Source: Blastocatellia bacterium (GTDB taxonomy: Bacteria; Acidobacteriota; Blastocatellia; Chloracidobacteriales; JADJPF01). Taken from it: 21,014 nt of DNA. Under the pieces are notes generated by a model. The model was not told where the DNA came from, ran no database searches, and worked only from the letters and a program-made list of their open reading frames with translations. A program made the translations under genes and the position numbers. Where the stretch lies: NCBI GenBank assembly GCA_049276615.1, contig JBASWT010000261.1:1-21014 (forward strand). Reading direction: 5' to 3'. Below, in pieces: positions 18,440 to 21,014 of this stretch; the first letter of the stretch is position 1; each line of letters opens with the position of its first letter.

Positions 18440-18719
18440 AGCTAGGACAGTATAAAAGTGATTAAAATAGCCTGTCAACGCTAGTTGCAATAAAGTAAAT
18501 GGTTGAAAATGATAAAAGTGATATAGAAGGAAAATAAATAAAATGAAAAATATAGACGAAAAAGACTTCTCAAATGGCTAGTTATTATGTAATAATATTA
18601 ATAGATGGACAGTAATATAATAGTTCGTCCTATAAAATTATGGAACTTTTTAATATTTTTTGTTGTCAACAACCAAGTAAAAAATATCAGCCACCAAAAA
18701 TAATTAGGAGAAGAAATTA

Positions 18720-20297
18720 ATGAGTACACAAAATGAAATTTGGCAAGTAATGATTGATGATCAAGTTTATGAGGCTGATACAGAAACGCTAAAAGAATGG
18801 GCATCCGAAGGTAGGATCTTGCCAACAGATAAAGTAAAAAAAGGTAGCTTAGCTTGGAATGATGCTAATCGTGTCCCTATGCTAAGAGCTATTTTTTCGG
18901 GTCAACCAATTCCCCCTAGTGTAGCAAAAACACCATCAACTCAACCAATTCAAAATAATAATTTAACATCTCCTAACCCTCCTAATTTTCCTGTTAATAA
19001 TCCTTATAATAATTCTAGTTCTGCTCCAATAACTCCAGTGACTCCAGTGACTGCTCCAATAGCTCCTTCGTCTCCAATACCAGTTTTTAATCCTGCTGCT
19101 GCTATGCCAATGGCAACAGGGATTTGCCGTAATCATCCTCAAGTACCTGCTAAATTTGTTTGTCGTGTTTGTAGTGCTATGTTTTGTCAGGATTGCCCTA
19201 AAAAGATGGGAAGTATGGCTATTTGTACTGCTTGTGGGGATATGTGTAATAAAGTTTCTGATATAACAGAAAAAGCTACCTCAGTAGCTCAAACAGTAAC
19301 TTATTATGGACAAGGAAAAGATTTTGGAGTAGACGAATTTGTTAAAGCTGCTAAATATCCATTTCAACACTTAATTTCTTTAATATCTGGTGCAATTGTC
19401 TATGCTTTCCTTGTTTTAGGAAGTCAAATTGGATTTGGTTCTTTAATGGCAACAGTTATGGCAACAGTTTTTCTCTTTGGGTGTATGTCTTTAACTATTA
19501 GGCAAGTAGCAATGGGACGGATGGATCGTAACTTTATGCCAGATTTTAGCGCGTTTTCCATTTTTGATGATGTAATTAAACCCTTGTTTTTAAGCGTAGG
19601 GGTAAGCATTGTTAGTGTTTTACCTGTAATAATTTTATTTTTTGCTTTGTCTTCAATAGGTGGTTTTTTTGCTCCTAAAGAACCTGCCTACGTTCCTGAA
19701 GAAGAATTTCTTAGCCAAGAAGATATCAAAGGGCTAATTGATGGTAATGATGCAGAACGTGATTTAGAAACTGCCAAAAAATTGCAGAAATTAGAGCCAA
19801 CGCGAGATATTGGAGTCAGATCTTTAGAAAAAGAAGAAAGAGAACAAAAAGAAGAAGCTGTAGATCTTAGCGAACAATTTAATAATGGTTACTTAAGACA
19901 AGTAGTAGGTGCTGGTTTAATATTTATTTTAGTTATTGGCCTGGGGCTGCTTTGGGCTTTTTTCTATTATCCAATGGCTATAACAATTGCTGGTTTTACT
20001 CAAGATTTTTGGTCAGTTATTAACCCTGTGGTGGGAATAGATACTATGCGTAGAATGGGAATGGTTTACGTTAAAGCTTTTCTAATGTATGCAGCTATGT
20101 TTATTGCTGGTGGTACGATAAAGCTGGGTATATTTATACTTATGGCTCCTATAGTAGTAATACCATTTTTTGGTATGGCAGTTTATGAAACTGTAGCAGC
20201 CGTCTTTACCTTTTATTTTAGTTTGGTAATTTCTTGTATTTTAGGACTAGCTCTTTATAAATGCGCTGAAGAGCTAGATATTGCTGTAGATAAATAA
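18720..20297 (+). CDS. Multi-pass membrane protein with N-terminal GYF-like (DUF4339-like) domain, Pro-rich linker and Cys-rich B-box-like zinc ribbon
   Basis: 525 aa. The strong SD is AGGAGAAG. The N-terminus is 'IWQVMIDDQVYEADTETLKEWASEGRILPTDKVKKGSLAWNDANRVPML'. A P/T/N-rich linker follows, then 'CRNHPQVPAKFVCRVCSAMFCQDCPKKMGSMAICTACGDMC' (C-x2-H-x8-C-x2-C-x4-C-x2-C...C-x2-C-x3-C). Roughly 7-8 hydrophobic helices follow. Confidence 0.65.
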   Translation: MSTQNEIWQVMIDDQVYEADTETLKEWASEGRILPTDKVKKGSLAWNDANRVPMLRAIFSGQPIPPSVAKTPSTQPIQNNNLTSPNPPNFPVNNPYNNSSSAPITPVTPVTAPIAPSSPIPVFNPAAAMPMATGICRNHPQVPAKFVCRVCSAMFCQDCPKKMGSMAICTACGDMCNKVSDITEKATSVAQTVTYYGQGKDFGVDEFVKAAKYPFQHLISLISGAIVYAFLVLGSQIGFGSLMATVMATVFLFGCMSLTIRQVAMGRMDRNFMPDFSAFSIFDDVIKPLFLSVGVSIVSVLPVIILFFALSSIGGFFAPKEPAYVPEEEFLSQEDIKGLIDGNDAERDLETAKKLQKLEPTRDIGVRSLEKEEREQKEEAVDLSEQFNNGYLRQVVGAGLIFILVIGLGLLWAFFYYPMAITIAGFTQDFWSVINPVVGIDTMRRMGMVYVKAFLMYAAMFIAGGTIKLGIFILMAPIVVIPFFGMAVYETVAAVFTFYFSLVISCILGLALYKCAEELDIAVDK

Positions 20298-20327
20298 GAA
20301 CTTTTCCTAGACTTTCTAGTTAAAAAT

Positions 20328-20365
20328 AGGGACATAGAAATAAAACATGTTATTTCTATGTCCCT
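20328..20365 (+). terminator. Perfect hairpin downstream of the membrane-protein gene (candidate intrinsic terminator)
   Basis: 16-bp perfect inverted repeat AGGGACATAGAAATAA (20328-20343) / TTATTTCTATGTCCCT (20350-20365) with a 6-nt loop AACATG, 31 nt after the stop. The downstream tract is only weakly T-rich (TTAAAGTTTGTT). Confidence 0.45.
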
Positions 20366-20423
20366 TAAAGTTTGTTATCTATAGAATTTATTGGTATTTT
20401 ATTTAGAGAAACAAGTATATTGT

Positions 20424-20455
20424 GGGAACCAAAGTTTTAGTGTTGAGATTATACT
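20424..20455 (+). promoter_or_regulatory. Candidate promoter of the downstream ECF sigma gene (GGGAACC -35-like element)
   Basis: 'GGGAACC' (20424-20430) resembles the ECF-type -35 'GGAAC', and 'TATACT' lies at 20450-20455. GGAGG SD is at 20463-20467 and the ATG at 20475. No clear ECF -10 (CGTC) is present, so this is tentative. Confidence 0.25.
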
Positions 20456-20474
20456 TTTACACGGAGGCACGTGG

Positions 20475-21014
20475 ATGAGTAAATCCGATGAGGAACTCAT
20501 GCAGCAGTTCCAAGCAGGAAATGAGACAGCATTTGTTACCATTTATGAACGGTACAAATTGGCTATCTATCGTTTTCTTTATCGTAGGCTAGGAAATCAA
20601 GCACGAGCAGAAGATATAACCCAAGAAGTTTTTGTAGCGATAATTGAACATTGTAGAGAGTGGCGACAAGAATCATCCTTGAAAACATATCTTTATCGTA
20701 TTGCTCATAATCGTGCTATCTCTGAAATTCGACGCAGTGAGTATAAAGTTATGGTAGATGCTGATAATGAAGCAAATGCAGAACGAGTTGCTAAGGTTGC
20801 GTCACAAAATCCTTCTCCTGCTGCGTCTTTAGAACAACAAGAATTAAAAATAAAAGTTCAACGTGCTTTAATGATGGTAGAAATAGAATACCGTGAACCA
20901 ATAATTTTACGTGAGTATGAAGAATTAAGCTATGAGGAAATTTCAGTAATATTGGAAATACCTGTTGGTACTGTAAAATCAAGAATTTTTAGAGGTAAGG
21001 TAGAGTTAAAAAAA
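20475..21014 (+). CDS. ECF sigma factor (sigma-24/RpoE-like), 3'-truncated by the window end
   Basis: This ORF is not in the supplied track because no stop falls inside the window. Translation from the ATG at 20475 gives 'MSKSDEELMQQFQAGNETAFVTIYERYKLAIYRFLYRRLGNQARAEDITQEVFVAII...LKTYLYRIAHNRAISEIRR...' (regions 2.1-2.4) and 'EPIILREYEELSYEEISVILEIPVGTVKSRIFRGKVELK' (region 4 HTH). GGAGG lies 8 nt upstream. Confidence 0.8.
   Translation, partial: MSKSDEELMQQFQAGNETAFVTIYERYKLAIYRFLYRRLGNQARAEDITQEVFVAIIEHCREWRQESSLKTYLYRIAHNRAISEIRRSEYKVMVDADNEANAERVAKVASQNPSPAASLEQQELKIKVQRALMMVEIEYREPIILREYEELSYEEISVILEIPVGTVKSRIFRGKVELKK

Noticed and set aside
18440-18490. TTG-initiated 17-codon extension of RuvX
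   Set aside because: YqgF proteins start at the 'MxILGIDxG' motif. The ATG at 18439 gives exactly that and a typical 138-aa length.
18598-18825. 75-aa - strand ORF
   Set aside because: It runs antisense across the promoter, SD and first codons of the 525-aa gene. Its hydrophobic content comes from an A/T-rich frame and it has no RBS.
19030-19090. Short tandem 'ACTCCAGTGACTCCAGTGACTGCTCCAATAGCTCC'
   Set aside because: It encodes the 'TPVTPVTAPIAP' proline-rich linker and is in-frame coding repetition.
19424-19609. 61-aa - strand ORF
   Set aside because: It is fully nested antisense inside the membrane-protein gene.
20791-20982. 63-aa - strand ORF
   Set aside because: It is antisense to the clearly coding 3' ECF sigma gene. 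It is a shadow ORF.
1-21014. Search for tRNA, rRNA, CRISPR repeats, IS elements and integrases
   Set aside because: None of the intergenic regions (all under 235 bp, all AT-rich) contains GC-rich cloverleaf-like segments, regularly spaced direct repeats, or transposase/integrase-like ORFs. None was found.

Overview
This is an AT-rich (about 35% GC), densely packed bacterial chromosomal window with roughly 18 protein-coding genes and no rRNA, tRNA, CRISPR array, transposase or integrase that I can detect.

Genes from left to right:
- NQO1-type flavodoxin-fold quinone reductase (-)
- divergent HU-like DNA-binding protein (-)
- GT28 MGDG-synthase-like glycosyltransferase (-)
- aldo/keto reductase (-)
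- full-length homolog of the eukaryotic major vault protein (+, 3769-6066)
- small unknown protein (+)
- N-rich protein with a peptidoglycan-binding domain (-)
- ECF sigma factor translationally coupled (ATGA overlap) to a 1148-aa Ser/Thr kinase with one transmembrane helix and a long TPR domain (+)
- convergent tandem-GAF protein (-)
- secreted metallo-beta-lactamase-fold protein (+)
- sensorless histidine kinase co-transcribed with a 494-aa protein of no recognisable family (-)
- MltG/YceG endolytic transglycosylase interrupted by a single in-frame TAA (-)
- RuvX/YqgF (-)
- multi-pass membrane protein with an N-terminal GYF-like domain, a Pro-rich linker and a Cys-rich B-box-like zinc ribbon (+)
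- the 5' 180 codons of a second ECF sigma factor, running off the window end.

The stand-out item is the vault-shell (MVP) homolog in a bacterial, SD-driven context, next to uncharacterised neighbours and an ECF-sigma/Ser-Thr-kinase signalling module. Several other eukaryote-like domains (STK-TPR, GYF-like, B-box-like, N-rich low complexity) point to a host-associated or amoeba-associated lineage. That lineage call is my inference.

All calls rest on motif-level reading of the supplied translations and the raw sequence. No database search was run.
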